A program made the position numbers and the translations under genes. A stretch of DNA of 64,000 nucleotides, from positions 40,424,001 to 40,488,000 of the forward strand of contig NC_088857.1 of NCBI RefSeq assembly GCF_963853765.1, read 5' to 3'. This stretch comes from Magallana gigas. Its lineage: Eukaryota. Positions 1 to 12,717 of the stretch are shown here, in pieces. Every line of letters begins with the position of its first letter. Position 1 is the first letter of the stretch. Below the pieces are notes generated by a model, which searched no databases, had not been told where the DNA came from, and saw nothing but the letters and a program-made list of their open reading frames with translations.

Positions 1-94
1 TAAAATCCATTTTCCACCTGGATATTCTTATGTTTATAATCATTAGTCCCTTTTCTAACAGGATGATTTTATAGTCATATCACATGTTGAGCTT

Positions 95-837
95 TCAGCT
101 TTGAGCTTTCCTGACTGATTAGTTTCTGAGAAGAAGATTTTTAATTATTTACTCTATATATTCCAATGTAAAACTTTAACACCCCCCAACCTACCCCTGG
201 GGGTCATGATTTTACCAACTTTGAATCTACACTACCTGAGGATGCTTCCACACAAGTTTCAGCTTTCCTGGCTGATTAGTTTCTGAAAAGAAGATTTTTC
301 AAAGATTTACTCTATATATTCCTATGTAAAACTTGAACACCCCATTGTGGCCCCACCCTACCCCCAGGGGTCATGATTTTCACAACTTTGAATCTACACT
401 TCCTGAAGATGCTTCCAAACAAGTATCAGCTTTCCTGGCTGATTAGTTTTTGAGAAGAAGACTTTTAATGATTTACTCTATATATTCCAATGTAAAACTT
501 TGACCCCCCCCCCCCCCATTGTGGCCCCACCCTACCCCGAGGGTCATGATTTACACAACTTATCTACACTACCTGAGGATGCTTCCACACAAGTTTCAGC
601 TTTCCTGGCTGATTAGTTTCTGAGAAGAAGATTTTTAAAGATTTACTCAATATATTCCAATGTAAAATTCGACCCCCCATTGTGGCCCCACCCTACCCCC
701 GGGGGTCATGATTTTCACAACTTTGAATCTACACTACCTGAGGATACTTCCACACAAGTTTCAGCTTTCCTGGCTTAATGGTTCTTGAGAAGAAGATTTT
801 TGAAAATTTGGTTGAAATTGGCCCTGTTAAGTTCTTG

Positions 838-872
<35 letters not shown>

Positions 873-907
873 GACAGACAGAGAAGACAAAATGTGATCA
901 GAAAAGA

Positions 908-940
<33 letters not shown>
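95..940 (+). mobile_element. Non-autonomous Helentron/HINE-type element carrying a ~167-bp tandem array (Cg170-like satellite, ~4.5 units)
   Basis: GGGTCATGAT recurs at ~200, ~368, ~541 and ~703. The array is followed by a short (ACAG/ACGG) microsatellite and the terminus GATCAGAAAAGATCACTTGAGCTTTCAGCTCAGGTGAGCTAAAAA (subterminal repeat, hairpin, A-run), the known architecture of oyster Helentron-associated elements. The left boundary is degenerate. Confidence 0.8.
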
Positions 941-942
<2 letters not shown>

Positions 943-3256
943 AAAACAATTTAATTTTTCTTTCCATCAGGTAAGCACAACCATTTCTTGATTTGATATT
1001 GAAGCTGAGCTTTTCTTCATGTACCTAAATACCAGAACCTCTTGTTACCATATATATATTGAGTAAAATATAGACTTGAATTAATATAGTAGAAGTAGCA
1101 TGAAAGACACTCAAATATAATTATGGCTAGATAAGGTTTATTAACAGACTGTCTCCAAGAGACATATTTTGCAATCAATGTCCAAAGTCCTGTCTAGTGA
1201 ATACTCTTTTGTATGTTTTCAGTTTTAATTCCTTCACAGAAGCTACCCCATATTTTACCGAGGGATTTATAATACTGTATAACAGCAACTAACAAATCAG
1301 TTGTCAGTACATGTAATTCTTTTCACAGAATTATGATCCATGCAAGGACTTCGATTAGTTTGTGTTTATACTCTTTTCTTGGAGCACAGTACAATAATTG
1401 TGTTTTATCTGTACAATGTATTACTTTATGGAACTGCATGAGTTTTGGAAAATGACAGTTCTAAAAGGACTTAAAAAAACTCTTTAAAGATTTTATAATG
1501 GGTGTCTCAGGAAGATCTGGAGAATATATTAGGTCATAAAAGATATGGCAACTTAAATTTACATGAGATGGACTTTATACTTAAGGTTAAATGGAGAAGG
1601 CAGACCAAACACAGCGTAGTGGATAACAACTGCATAAGAGCTCAAAGACTTGAAATTTACATGGGAAGAAGTGGAGAAAAAAGCTCAGGATAGAGGAGCA
1701 TAAAAATCTGTAATTTACTTGCACTAGGAGCATCCAGGTGCAACAAGGAGTAGGTAGGGAGGAATTCATGGTTCCTTATGAATGGGAAGTTATTTCCCTT
1801 TAGTATTAATCCATAAATTGATATTCTGTGGATCCTTTAAGAGTTGTATAATATTCAGGTTACTGTTAAGGCCAATGGGCCTCTTGCATTTTCTTACATA
1901 TGACCATAATAAATTTAATTTTCAGACCTTCAAGTGATGGGTCTATTGTAACATGTACTACAGATGGACAAACACAGGACTTCAGTTATAAGTGCCTGTC
2001 ATGAGAGCAGGAAATGGTTGAAACATTTCTGCCATGCATGCATGTTTTGCTGGTGACACACAAGGTACTTTGTGTCAATCAATGACAAAACCAGTTTTAA
2101 AAGTGTGTCTTGAGCAGTTTAAACTTTCACTATAAGAAACATTATTTAGCAATGCAAACAAGTACTCTCAAAAATCTTAATTTGTATTTAACAAAATACT
2201 TATAGCACGTATATTAAAAAATTCTGGTATCTAGTACATCTACTTTACAAATTTGAAGCGAGTTGGTACTTAAGAAAATTTAGCCTGCAATGAAATCTAT
2301 AAAAATCTATAAATATTGTTTTCGATAAAATCCAATTAAGCCAGACCTGAAAAGAATATATTTTTATAGTGATATCAGGAAAAACAATTCAGATACTAAG
2401 ATCTTTCAAGTAGAGTCAAATCTAAAATCAGATCATAAGTGATCAATATAGAGCTTCAAAACACTTAATTTAGATTTTTGCAGGAAAATATAGAACAATT
2501 TCCTTGTATCTAGATACATCTTTACAGAGTGTGTGCATGTCAACTTGTTTCTAGAGTATAATTAATAGGAATTTCCTGGAAGCTTCCTGTTACATCTAAT
2601 ACATTGAATAATTTGAGGACAAGCTATAAATATACCTCAAACATGTAGCCATGCAAACATGAGCAAAACTCAAAAATATGTGTGAAGTAAATACTTGTAT
2701 ACATAAAGAAAAATACTGAAAATTTGGAAGGACAGTTATTCTTGTTAGTGCCAGGTATTAAAGATAATGGATAATAGTCTGGAAGATGATGTATTTCTGG
2801 ATCCTGACAGTATTGCTGGCTTAGAGTCAAGTATTCAAAAAAGCACAGGTAGGTTACGTACAAGTATTCATAAAAACACAAGTAAGTTACAGGTATAAGA
2901 TAGTTCTGATAGAATGGTACTAGAACACTGCTTTATTTTCATACTATGGTTATTCAATGAAACTTTCTTAAAAACCTATTATACAATATGTTTAAAGAAT
3001 GTTAAAATGTTCATTTATGATAAGGATTGAACTTCAGGTTAATCAAGTGATCAAATCCTGGTGCTTTTTAAGCCCAAAGAGTTTGTTGACCCATCAAAAA
3101 GTTTGTACTATGTTCATATATCTCAAACTAAGAATCACGCAAGCATTGAGTTTTAGACAATTATGTTTCTGAATGAATAACAGCTAGATCATAACAAAAC
3201 ATAAATTAAAAATAGGTATTTATTAGAAGACAACCTGACATAAATGGTGTAAGCAA

Positions 3257-3258
3257 TC

Positions 3259-3292
<34 letters not shown>
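3257..3292. repeat. (CT)n microsatellite
   Basis: Direct reading: ~18 CT units with one interruption, followed by a 25-bp tandem duplication (3304-3328 and 3332-3356). Confidence 0.95.
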
Positions 3293-3297
<5 letters not shown>

Positions 3298-3412
3298 AGC
3301 TACGTACATGTAATACCTGCTTGTAACATATGTACATGTAATACCTGCTTGTAACAATTATGACCACAATGAAAAAAACAAAGTAACATTCAGAAGGGAA
3401 ATGGAAACTTAC

Positions 3413-3822
<410 letters not shown>

Positions 3823-5090
3823 TTATCAGCGTTTCAACACGTGTAACCAATGTATTCAGGTCTTTGATTTCATATTTCTTCAATGAAACATACATGAATC
3901 AATATTTGAAACTATAAATCGAGCTATGCTGATTAAATCATTTTTTTATTCTTTCATTTCATATAAAATTCCATATCATTTAACTTCTATACACCTGCTA
4001 TGTGAATCTGTGATATTTTTCACAACGCAGATATGTCCTTCCCAACCTGGACAACAAGATTCAACAAAGTCAGAGGAAATGCGGTATACAGGAAGTAATT
4101 GTACTTTCAAAAATCTGAACAAACATAAAATTTCCGGATAGATTTTCCATCGCATTACAAATAACTTTGTATCAGGAAAAAAAATTCTATTTTTTTTTCA
4201 GTAGGCCTACATTGGTGATTTTTTTGGGACCTTGGTTTATATTGGGAGTATATTTCATTTATTATGAATGATTATAGAGCAATTATTAAAATATTTTGCT
4301 TGTCTGAATGAAAAATTAAGCAATGTCTCTTTATAGTGGCTCCTTTGCAGGTATTCAAAGGCACATTTTATCTCTGTGTCTAACTGTCTTACAACATCTT
4401 CATATTTCTACTTTATGATCTGCGACAGCTACCAGTAATTGATCCGGTGGGTACCATGCCTGTATCTTTGTTCATTGGTACATGTAGTATCAGGGCCTGT
4501 ACATGTGTACTAGGTTTGAATCTCAGTCTGGTCTGTATTTGGTCACTATATTTTGTTCATTTCAACTTTCCCTTGACAGAAGTTAACCTGTCAGTTCCAG
4601 GGGTTGGCACCAAATGTATAACAGGGTTGGAAAAATTATATTGATGGACAAAGCTAGAATATTTAAACCCAAGTACAGTTCTTAATAATAAATTATCATG
4701 AAAACTCAGTCTTAATTAGTTCAAATACAGAACACTGATCTTCGTATTTCTTCTCACATTTGGCTAGACAGTTCTTTAATATTTACTGCATACTAAATTA
4801 CTTGAGCCAATTCATTATTTTTCTTATTTATGCAAGAACTCAAGTCTAATTTTAGCCATTAATTAGCTTTTATACATTTTCAATTTTAAAAGCCTTAAAT
4901 TTCTAGTCTCCCAAGGATGAAATAATAATGGATTTTTTCAACTTATAATTTATTTGAGTTCACTTTTTTTCACAATAAGTCATCAAATTAATTTGAAATA
5001 AAGGTTTACAAGTAAAAAGTATATAAGTAATGACACAATCATTATCAATGATTTGCACAAAATGTTTCGCTCAGAAAAATGTATATACTC

Positions 5091-7160
5091 CTAAACATCC
5101 TTTTGCTTTTTCCTGAAATGTCTCTCTTCCTTAGGATCAAACCCTCTTTCCTCAGCCCCAAACACTGCCCAATCAGGAGTGGGTGCCATGTAATCATCAG
5201 ATGAAAATTTCTCCTCTCCACCACTTTCTTTGAATCGCTTCATCAAAGAATGGAATTTAGGGTAGTCAATCCAGGTCCACCATTTTCCATCCACCAAGAA
5301 CTTTTTATTTGCAACAAGAACACAGTTTGAATGTTCGTGTTCAGCAGCGATCTCATAGTCCCCATCCAACCGATCCACTAGCTCCTGAACAAAGTTGACA
5401 ACCTCTGTATGCCAGGGTACATTCTCCATCGTCAAATTAGATGCCTTAGACTCTCCACAGTAAGTGACACCTTTCACTTCAATGAAATCAGGATTTCCCC
5501 TTGAAACTAGGCTAGCATAGTTATCTAGTTCTTCAGTATTCCAAGCTTTTACTAAAGTCAGTCTATAAACTGTTCTTTGATTTTTCGCTGACAAAGCGTC
5601 AAGACTTTCCAAAAACCTATCCCAGAAATCTCGAAACAAAGGGCGATCAATCTTTTTCAGACTATCTTTAGTACTGGCATCTACACTGACATACAACTGA
5701 GTTACTGGAGATAGGTCTCTAATGGCATCTGGAAACTGGGCATTTGTAACCATGAATGTTGAAATCCCTTTGTCATGCAGGAGGTCTATGAATTTGTTAA
5801 TTTTCGGATACATTATGGGTTCTCCAACTAATGACAAGGCACAATGCTGAGGTGTTAATCCCTCTAAAAACCTCTCAGGCTGAACCCCAGGTACACCTTT
5901 GAACTGCTTGATAAGAGCCACATGACTTTGTAATGCACCATTAAAGACAAATTCAGCATCATCCATTTTCCATCGCCATTCTGTGCCCACTGGGTTGGTG
6001 TGGTGTCTCCAGCAGAAAACACATTTGTTGGCACAAGCAAGGCTTGGTGTTGTTTCCATACACCTATGACTTTCAATGCCATAAAATGTGTGTTTATAAC
6101 ATCCTCCTCTACCACGTAGCATTGATTTTGTCCATCTGCAAAGTTTGACACCAGAGTGTGTTCCTATCAACTTGTAGCCTTGTTTTTCCAGCGATTTCTT
6201 AATGAGTGGGGTTATCATCTCTGCAGGTTCATCTTTTGTGGGATTCAATTTTGTGGATGTTTTTCCTGATCCCATGACTCTTCCTAGATCTTCAACATCA
6301 ACAATTTCATTATCAGCAGGGTCTTCTTGTAATTCATCGTCACTTTCAATTCCTGTATTTTCCGAGGCAGTATCCTCTTCCTGACAGTTGCATTGACCTT
6401 CATTCTTGCAATTCTTTTTCAAGTCTTTAGAAGCAAAAACAGAATTGACTTCTTTCAACTTTTTCCAGAAGTCTCGTTTCCATGCAACGTAATCATTTTC
6501 AAGTGACTTGTGGCTGCTTTGAGACACATTTTCGTCTCCAAGTCCAACACTTAAAATACGATGTCCAGAAAGTTTATGCAAACAATGATCTACATGTTTT
6601 GCTACTGTATTAAAATTTTCACCATACAAAGAATTCCCAAGTCCAAACACAGCATAATGTAAGTTTGACAATAAACTCTTTTGTACGCGAAAATCAGATG
6701 CACTTTCTTCCAACCACTTCACAAACCATTCAGCACCTTCAGGGGGTGTTCCCTCAGTGTATGTAGATATGAAAACCACAAGGCATGTTGTGTTTTCACC
6801 TTCATTATCCAGTTGTTCATCTGGATCATAATTTTTCAAGTCAATTACTTCACAAGTGTATCCTTTGTAAGTACCATCCTTTGATAAATTTTCTGCAAAA
6901 TGCTTCGACTTCCCCGTTTGCGTTCCATAAAGTATTTTGATTTTGTTCCTTTCATTGGGTAATATTTCTTTCTCTCCTTCTGTCTTTGTACATTTTGCAG
7001 TGGATTTCAAGGTAGACTTTGCCTTTTGGTCAACATTTGATTTTGGGGTTTGTTTTCCATTCGTGATTCGTGCATAGAAATACACAGAGATTACCCCAAT
7101 TACACCCAATAGAACGGTATAAAACACTTCCAAATGTGAGGAAAACAATCCTTCAAACAT
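5091..7160 (-). CDS. TYW1: S-adenosyl-L-methionine-dependent tRNA 4-demethylwyosine synthase TYW1, single coding exon, 689 aa
   Basis: N-terminal TM anchor, flavodoxin domain (ILYGTQTGKSKHFAENL), radical-SAM CxxxCxxC (CANKCVFC), the diagnostic CRWTKSMLRGRGGCYKHTFYGI segment and the wyosine-formation C-terminus. AATAAA on the minus strand at 4949-4954. Confidence 0.97.
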   Translation of the reverse strand: MFEGLFSSHLEVFYTVLLGVIGVISVYFYARITNGKQTPKSNVDQKAKSTLKSTAKCTKTEGEKEILPNERNKIKILYGTQTGKSKHFAENLSKDGTYKGYTCEVIDLKNYDPDEQLDNEGENTTCLVVFISTYTEGTPPEGAEWFVKWLEESASDFRVQKSLLSNLHYAVFGLGNSLYGENFNTVAKHVDHCLHKLSGHRILSVGLGDENVSQSSHKSLENDYVAWKRDFWKKLKEVNSVFASKDLKKNCKNEGQCNCQEEDTASENTGIESDDELQEDPADNEIVDVEDLGRVMGSGKTSTKLNPTKDEPAEMITPLIKKSLEKQGYKLIGTHSGVKLCRWTKSMLRGRGGCYKHTFYGIESHRCMETTPSLACANKCVFCWRHHTNPVGTEWRWKMDDAEFVFNGALQSHVALIKQFKGVPGVQPERFLEGLTPQHCALSLVGEPIMYPKINKFIDLLHDKGISTFMVTNAQFPDAIRDLSPVTQLYVSVDASTKDSLKKIDRPLFRDFWDRFLESLDALSAKNQRTVYRLTLVKAWNTEELDNYASLVSRGNPDFIEVKGVTYCGESKASNLTMENVPWHTEVVNFVQELVDRLDGDYEIAAEHEHSNCVLVANKKFLVDGKWWTWIDYPKFHSLMKRFKESGGEEKFSSDDYMAPTPDWAVFGAEERGFDPKEERHFRKKQKDV

Positions 7161-7471
7161 TTTCTAACAACTGTCAAATGTATATCACAAAGTTATTCAT
7201 CTATTTAATAACCCATCTTGCATCACCATGTGGCAAAACAAAACCGGAAATTCATCCTTCTATGATGCAGGCGTACTTAAAATGGTTCTTGTTTTTCATA
7301 AAGCCCCCTTTTTAACTTTGAAGAAATATTATAAGTTATGCGTATACATTTGGGAGCTATTTCTTTATGATAAAAATGGTATAAAAGTGATGTATTTGAT
7401 TCAAGAGAGAGCGAGCTTAAATCGAACACGAATTACTTTACGGACGATACTTCATTATAATTCCCAATAAC
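7161..7471. promoter_or_regulatory. Probable bidirectional promoter shared by TYW1 (-) and TMEM41B (+)
   Basis: The divergent ATGs (7160 and 7472) are 311 bp apart. An ETS/GABP-like CCGGAA lies at 7244-7249. Promoter function is inferred, not shown. Confidence 0.7.
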
Positions 7472-10400
7472 ATGGCCGACAAAATAGACACATCGTCATT
7501 GAAACAGAGAAGTATTGGAAAAGAAGGTACTATTTCATGTTAAGTTTACGTTTGTGGTGAAATGTTTTATTATACGAGTAGTTTTCTAACCGGAATCACT
7601 TGTTTTGATATTATTAGAAGTCATATTTATCTTGAATAGCTGTTACTTACATTTGGCATAGTAAGCCTTAGGCATTAGGCAACTTTCATGACATATGGCC
7701 ATATGCCGTGCAAAATCTTCATAAAATTTTCATTCATGACTGCGTCTTATAACTTGACAAGATGAAGATGGCATTTCAAACAAAATATCTTTGGCTTTTT
7801 TGTTTTCCTAGTGAAAATAATCATTTGTATTTTTTAACCCTAAGGTATTTATAAAGATTGAAAAATTAATAAAATGTGATGCTTTTTTCATTGAGACGAT
7901 GTGCTTTTTTTTATTGATCTAGTTAGAAATAACATACGATCATGTACATTGCTTGAAACAAATGTAAATTAGGTAAGGGTAATGGCACAGATGAATTAAA
8001 CCTTGTGGCTGCTAATCAATTTCAACGGAATAAATAATCAAAGATTAGGATTTTTGAATAATTTGCAGACTTAAATGAGAATCTTATATTATTTGACTAA
8101 AACGAGTTGTCCATAAATACTGGTAATGTTTGTTTCTAATATCATGTGTGTACATTTTCCAATATACATGATATATGTTTAATATAGTTCAAGACAAGTA
8201 TTCTAAACAATGCACTGTATACTGTGGTTTCATTAATATTCAAGGGTATCAATTTTCGTGGTTAAAGTGAAAAACACAGTTTCAAGGATATGTAAATTCG
8301 TGGCCAATGAATCCTTTCAATACAAATTGTTAGTAGAAATTGCACTTCAATGAACATTTATTTTCATGGATAAACTTAACAACGAAATCCCCGAAAATTG
8401 GTATTCAACGAATATTGATGAAACCACAGTATACAGATCAAAATGTAAGCCAGAGGTGTTTTTCTTTAAGAGACACATGTTGTGCACCACCTTGAGATTA
8501 ATTTTTAGATTACAATATTATGGCATGCACAGGTGTTTGTCTTTACTTAAGCATGACAACAACAAAATAAGAGACACTCATAGATTATTTGATTGATATA
8601 TACTGGGGTTTCATCAATATTTGTTGACATCAATTTTCATTGATTGTATCAAAGTCACAGTTCCAAGAATACTAGAAATGGCACTTTAATGAACATTTAA
8701 TTTTGTAGATCATCTCAACAACAATATCCTTGAAAATAGATATTCAACAAATATTGATGAATACACATATGTTTTGATATAAATGATGCTTTTACTACAA
8801 TGTTACGGTATTAGAAATACATGTAGCACCCCAATGAATATATAATTTTGTGGATCTACTCAACAACAAAATCCACAAAAGTTGGTATTCAATGAATATT
8901 GATAAAACCACAGTATCATATCAAAGATACATTTCAAACTCATAATTTTTTTTTCAAACTTTTCAAACAAAAATACAGAAATGCATGATTAATTTATGAG
9001 TTTTCAAATTAAATATTAGCAGATAGTTAATTCATATGATCAGTTGTATAGTAACATTTTTTCAACTGTGGAAAAGTTTTATAACACGATGAAAACAGTC
9101 TTTAATATCTTAGACCTACAAGCTCTAGTTAGCATATTCCTATTATTCTGCTCTCTATACTTTTTAAATTGACCATTCAAACATATAGTTTTAATTAAAC
9201 ATGATGCCTTATTTTTTATTTAGATGATGAAGGAACCAAGTACACTGAGATAAGACCTAAGTCCGTTGATCAAACCAGTAGCAGTACCAAGCCCCTTATT
9301 ATTCTGGGGCTGATATTTGTGTCATCTATTGTATGTCTTGGACTTATATACCTCAGGTTTCCAAACCTGAAAGAGTAAGTGAAACAATCAAGTTAAATTG
9401 GTAACACATTGTACATATACTAGTACATGAATTAAAAGTTAGAAAAAAACACCAATGACATATTGCACATAAGTATGGCATGTTATGGTCATAACAGTTT
9501 TTAAAAATATTTTAATATTTAAGTGCTCATCAGGATTAAGATGATTAAAAAATTTATATTTTCTTTTTAGAGAAGAAAAACAGCACATAAAATTACCAAG
9601 AAATATTGAAGATGCAAAAAGTTTGGGTAAAGTCTTGTCTCATTACACGGACTCATACTACAACCAAGTCCTGGGAGGATATTTCATCACATATATATTG
9701 TATCCTTACTTGTCAGAATTTCACCATAGTCATGCATTCTCTTCTCTCTAGTTTATTTGCAGGGGAGGGGGGATGTGAATAATATTTTTTATTTTTAAAC
9801 AATATACATGTATTTATTGTTTGTTTATTACTCAATAATTATAAATAAATGCCAATGGGAAAAAAGTCCTTGACAATGCAACAGCTTACAGTCTTTTGCC
9901 ATTCCTGGGTCAATATTCCTGAGTATCTTGTCTGGATTTCTATTTCCATTCCATTTAGCCTTATTTCTAGTTTGCTTGGTAAGTAAAAATGTTTCAATTT
10001 AAAAGAAAGATAAATCTTGGAATCAGGACTTGCATGTACCTGTACATGTATGATACCCCTACTGGTACAATATGCCAAATTTTGAGCAATTTCTATTATT
10101 AAAAACATGTACATTTGAGATATTGATCTTGCAATACCATGAACATCATTTGCATGCTTGGATTTTTAAGAGTATAACAAGCTAATTTTTTTTCTCCATA
10201 TATATTATATGTTTATATGTTATATTTTATTTTATGTTTTAATGAAAAACTTGGCTTTATATGTGAATTTGATATGTACCAAGATTCAGAATAACTATTA
10301 CACATTTGTATCTACTTTGCAAAAAGAGAACTTATAAATCTTAGGCTTTGATTTTTCTCTTTTTTCAGTGCTCAGGAATTGGTGCATCTTTCTGTTACCT

Positions 10401-12199
10401 GATGTCATATCTTGTTGGTCGTCGACTTGTTGCAAAATATATACCAGACCGAATAGCAGAGTGGCAGTCTCATGTAAGGGACAGTTTCACTGTATCATAC
10501 AAGGGTCATATGAAAAGCAAAATATTTACAATGTAGATTTGTTTAGGGAAACAGAATCTTACACAAATACTTATTGACATTAAGAAATATTGTTAAGTGT
10601 TCCAAATGCATGTATATTGATATATGTGTATACCTGTAAATGTTAAAACATACTAGCTATTTTGTTTGCTTTTATAAAGTAATTGTAAAGTTTGTCATTC
10701 ATAAAAAGTGTATGTTGATGTACTGGATACATATACTGACAATTATCATAGCTCAATAGACCATGAGTTTTATTTTTAGTTGGAATGAAAAATTGATTGG
10801 AATTTCCCATGCTAATGTTCTCATTTGAAAGAGAACATTTGAAAATAGAATACAATGTATTTTCAATTTTAATATCCATGAGTTGATTAAAAACAAACAC
10901 ACCATTTCTTTCTAGGTGAATAAACACAGAGAACATCTTTTGAACTACATCATCTTCTTGAGAATCACACCTTTCTTGCCAAACTGGTTCATCAACATTG
11001 CCTCACCAGTGATCAATGTGCCGATTATTCCATTCTTTATCGGGACTTTTGTGGGTAAGTTATGTTGCACAAACATCAAAATTAAATTGAAACTACTAGC
11101 ATTTATTTCACTTAGCAATTGAGGTATAGAACACTTCACATGTACTAGATGCCTAAAGATTAAAGATGCATACAAGTTCTAATATCATAGATATGTGTCT
11201 GTTTGAAACAGTGTAGGCAGTTAACATCTTTGATTTAGCAAGTTTTGACATTTTTCAATATTGGTACTTTTTTGGTTAATAGTTTTATTTTTTTTTTAAA
11301 TTAGTTATTCTATTCAAATCGAAATTAATCCAGAAATTACTAAAAGTAATATGTGCAGTATTATGCATTTTTTGCCCCTAGAATTAAAAATAAAGTGGAA
11401 AATAGTTTAAATCATATTTAAAATAAATGTGTACTAGGCTATCACCATATTGATGTCATAATATAGAAATGACGTCATGAATATTGTATTATTTTGATAA
11501 ATTGATGTTTTGTAGGCTACAATCGGAAAACACCCATATTTTGCTACAAATTGTAGCAAAATATGGGTGTTTTCCGATTGTTTTTGGTCTTGAAAACATT
11601 GACTGCAGGCTTGGTTAAGTACCATTTTTTAGTATGATGTGTATATTTGTATGAAGGAAAACATATGTTGAAATTGTACTTGAGCAGACCTGTGCTCTAT
11701 ACTTCCGAATGCATAATATAAGGAAAAAATTACAATATTTTCATTTGTTTGCAAAATTGCGGGAATGGGGTCATTTAGGTGACGTCATAGATAAACAGCG
11801 AATGAGCAATGATGATTAAAACCAAGATTAAATAGTTAGGCATCCTCTGTACAATGATTTATGAAGAGTTGATTCTCATGCCATACTGTTTAAAAATTGG
11901 TTAAAATTGGGGTCAGATATTTGACCATACCAAATATAGTCCTTTGGTGTTCTGGTAAATGCTCTTTTGAAGGATTTTCTAAATGAATGTTTTAAGAGAA
12001 GGCTATACTTCTATTTCTTTGATTGACAGGTGTTGCCCCGCCCTCCTTTGTAGCCATTCAGGCAGGAACCACACTACATCAATTAACGTCATCGGGTGAT
12101 GCCATTTCCTGGACCTCCATGAGTGTCCTGGGACTATTTGCGCTTCTCTCATTGGTGCCAGTTCTTATGAAGAAAAAACTGCAGGAGAAGTTTGATTGA
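7472..12199 (+). CDS. TMEM41B: Transmembrane protein 41B (Stasimon), 7 coding exons: 7472-7526, 9224-9374, 9571-9699, 9885-9978, 10369-10473, 10916-11054, 12030-12199; 280 aa
   Basis: Exon phases close to 843 nt. The translation contains LQSFAIPGSIFLSILSGFLFP, CSGIGASFCYLMSYLVGR, HLLNYIIFLRITPFLPNWFINIASP and GVAPPSFVAIQAGTTL...KKKLQEKFD, near-identical to the vertebrate TMEM41B VTT/DedA domain. Confidence 0.96.
8220..8431. mobile_element. MITE with TA ends (Tc1/mariner-like non-autonomous DNA transposon); degenerate sister copies at ~8600-8770 and ~8850-8915
   Basis: Terminal inverted repeats TACTGTGGTTTCAT ... ATGAAACCACAGTA. Confidence 0.8.
9700..9884 (+). other. U12-type (minor spliceosome) GT-AG intron in TMEM41B
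   Basis: 5' splice site GTATCCTT at 9700; branch site TCCTTGAC at 9867-9874, about 10 nt before the AG (9883-9884); no polypyrimidine tract. The splice restores YIF-LQSF in frame. Confidence 0.92.
11520..11580. repeat. Perfect 61-bp palindrome (30-bp arms, 1-nt spacer) in TMEM41B intron 6
   Basis: CAATCGGAAAACACCCATATTTTGCTACAA-A-TTGTAGCAAAATATGGGTGTTTTCCGATTG; the arms are exact reverse complements. Confidence 0.95.
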
Positions 12200-12717
12200 T
12201 GAAAATTTAGATTTAGATCTCTTTTAACAAAATATCTCATTCTTTAGTATTTATCTTTTATTTCAGTCGGTGCAGATTTGAACATGCTCATTTTTATTTC
12301 TATTTATTATATGATCATCATAATATTATTAAACTAAAATTACAAGTACATGTATTAGAATCATATTTATGATATTGAGTAATTTCTTGTTTGTAGTATG
12401 TTGATTTACCTGAAATTAATCCTACATGTATCCTTAAAATTAAGAAAAAAAAATTAAATTCCATCTATGTATAATCCAGTTTGATTAGTTTCCCTTATAT
12501 CTGTACATGTATTAGTATTGGTACATAATGCAACTATCCAAAAAATTCAACAGTTGATTTTGATGCAGAGGGCTTTGATATAATACAATATAAATACATA
12601 ATATTCACAATACATAAGCAGATGAATTGACTTAAGGGATACTTTCTAAAATGATACAGAGTGCATGTTCTGGATTTAAAATTGGAGTACCAATATTTCA
12701 GTAAAAAAAATCAGTAT

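Noticed and set aside
951-976. Pyrimidine tract-CAG|GTAAGC as a recursive (zero-length exon) splice site
   Set aside because: CAG|GTAAG is also the ordinary donor consensus, no plus-strand host gene is established, and such motifs arise by chance in T-rich DNA.
5091-7160. Horizontal transfer of TYW1 from a prokaryote because it lacks introns
   Set aside because: It has the eukaryote-type TM plus flavodoxin fusion and host-like AT-rich codon usage; archaeal Taw1 lacks these domains.
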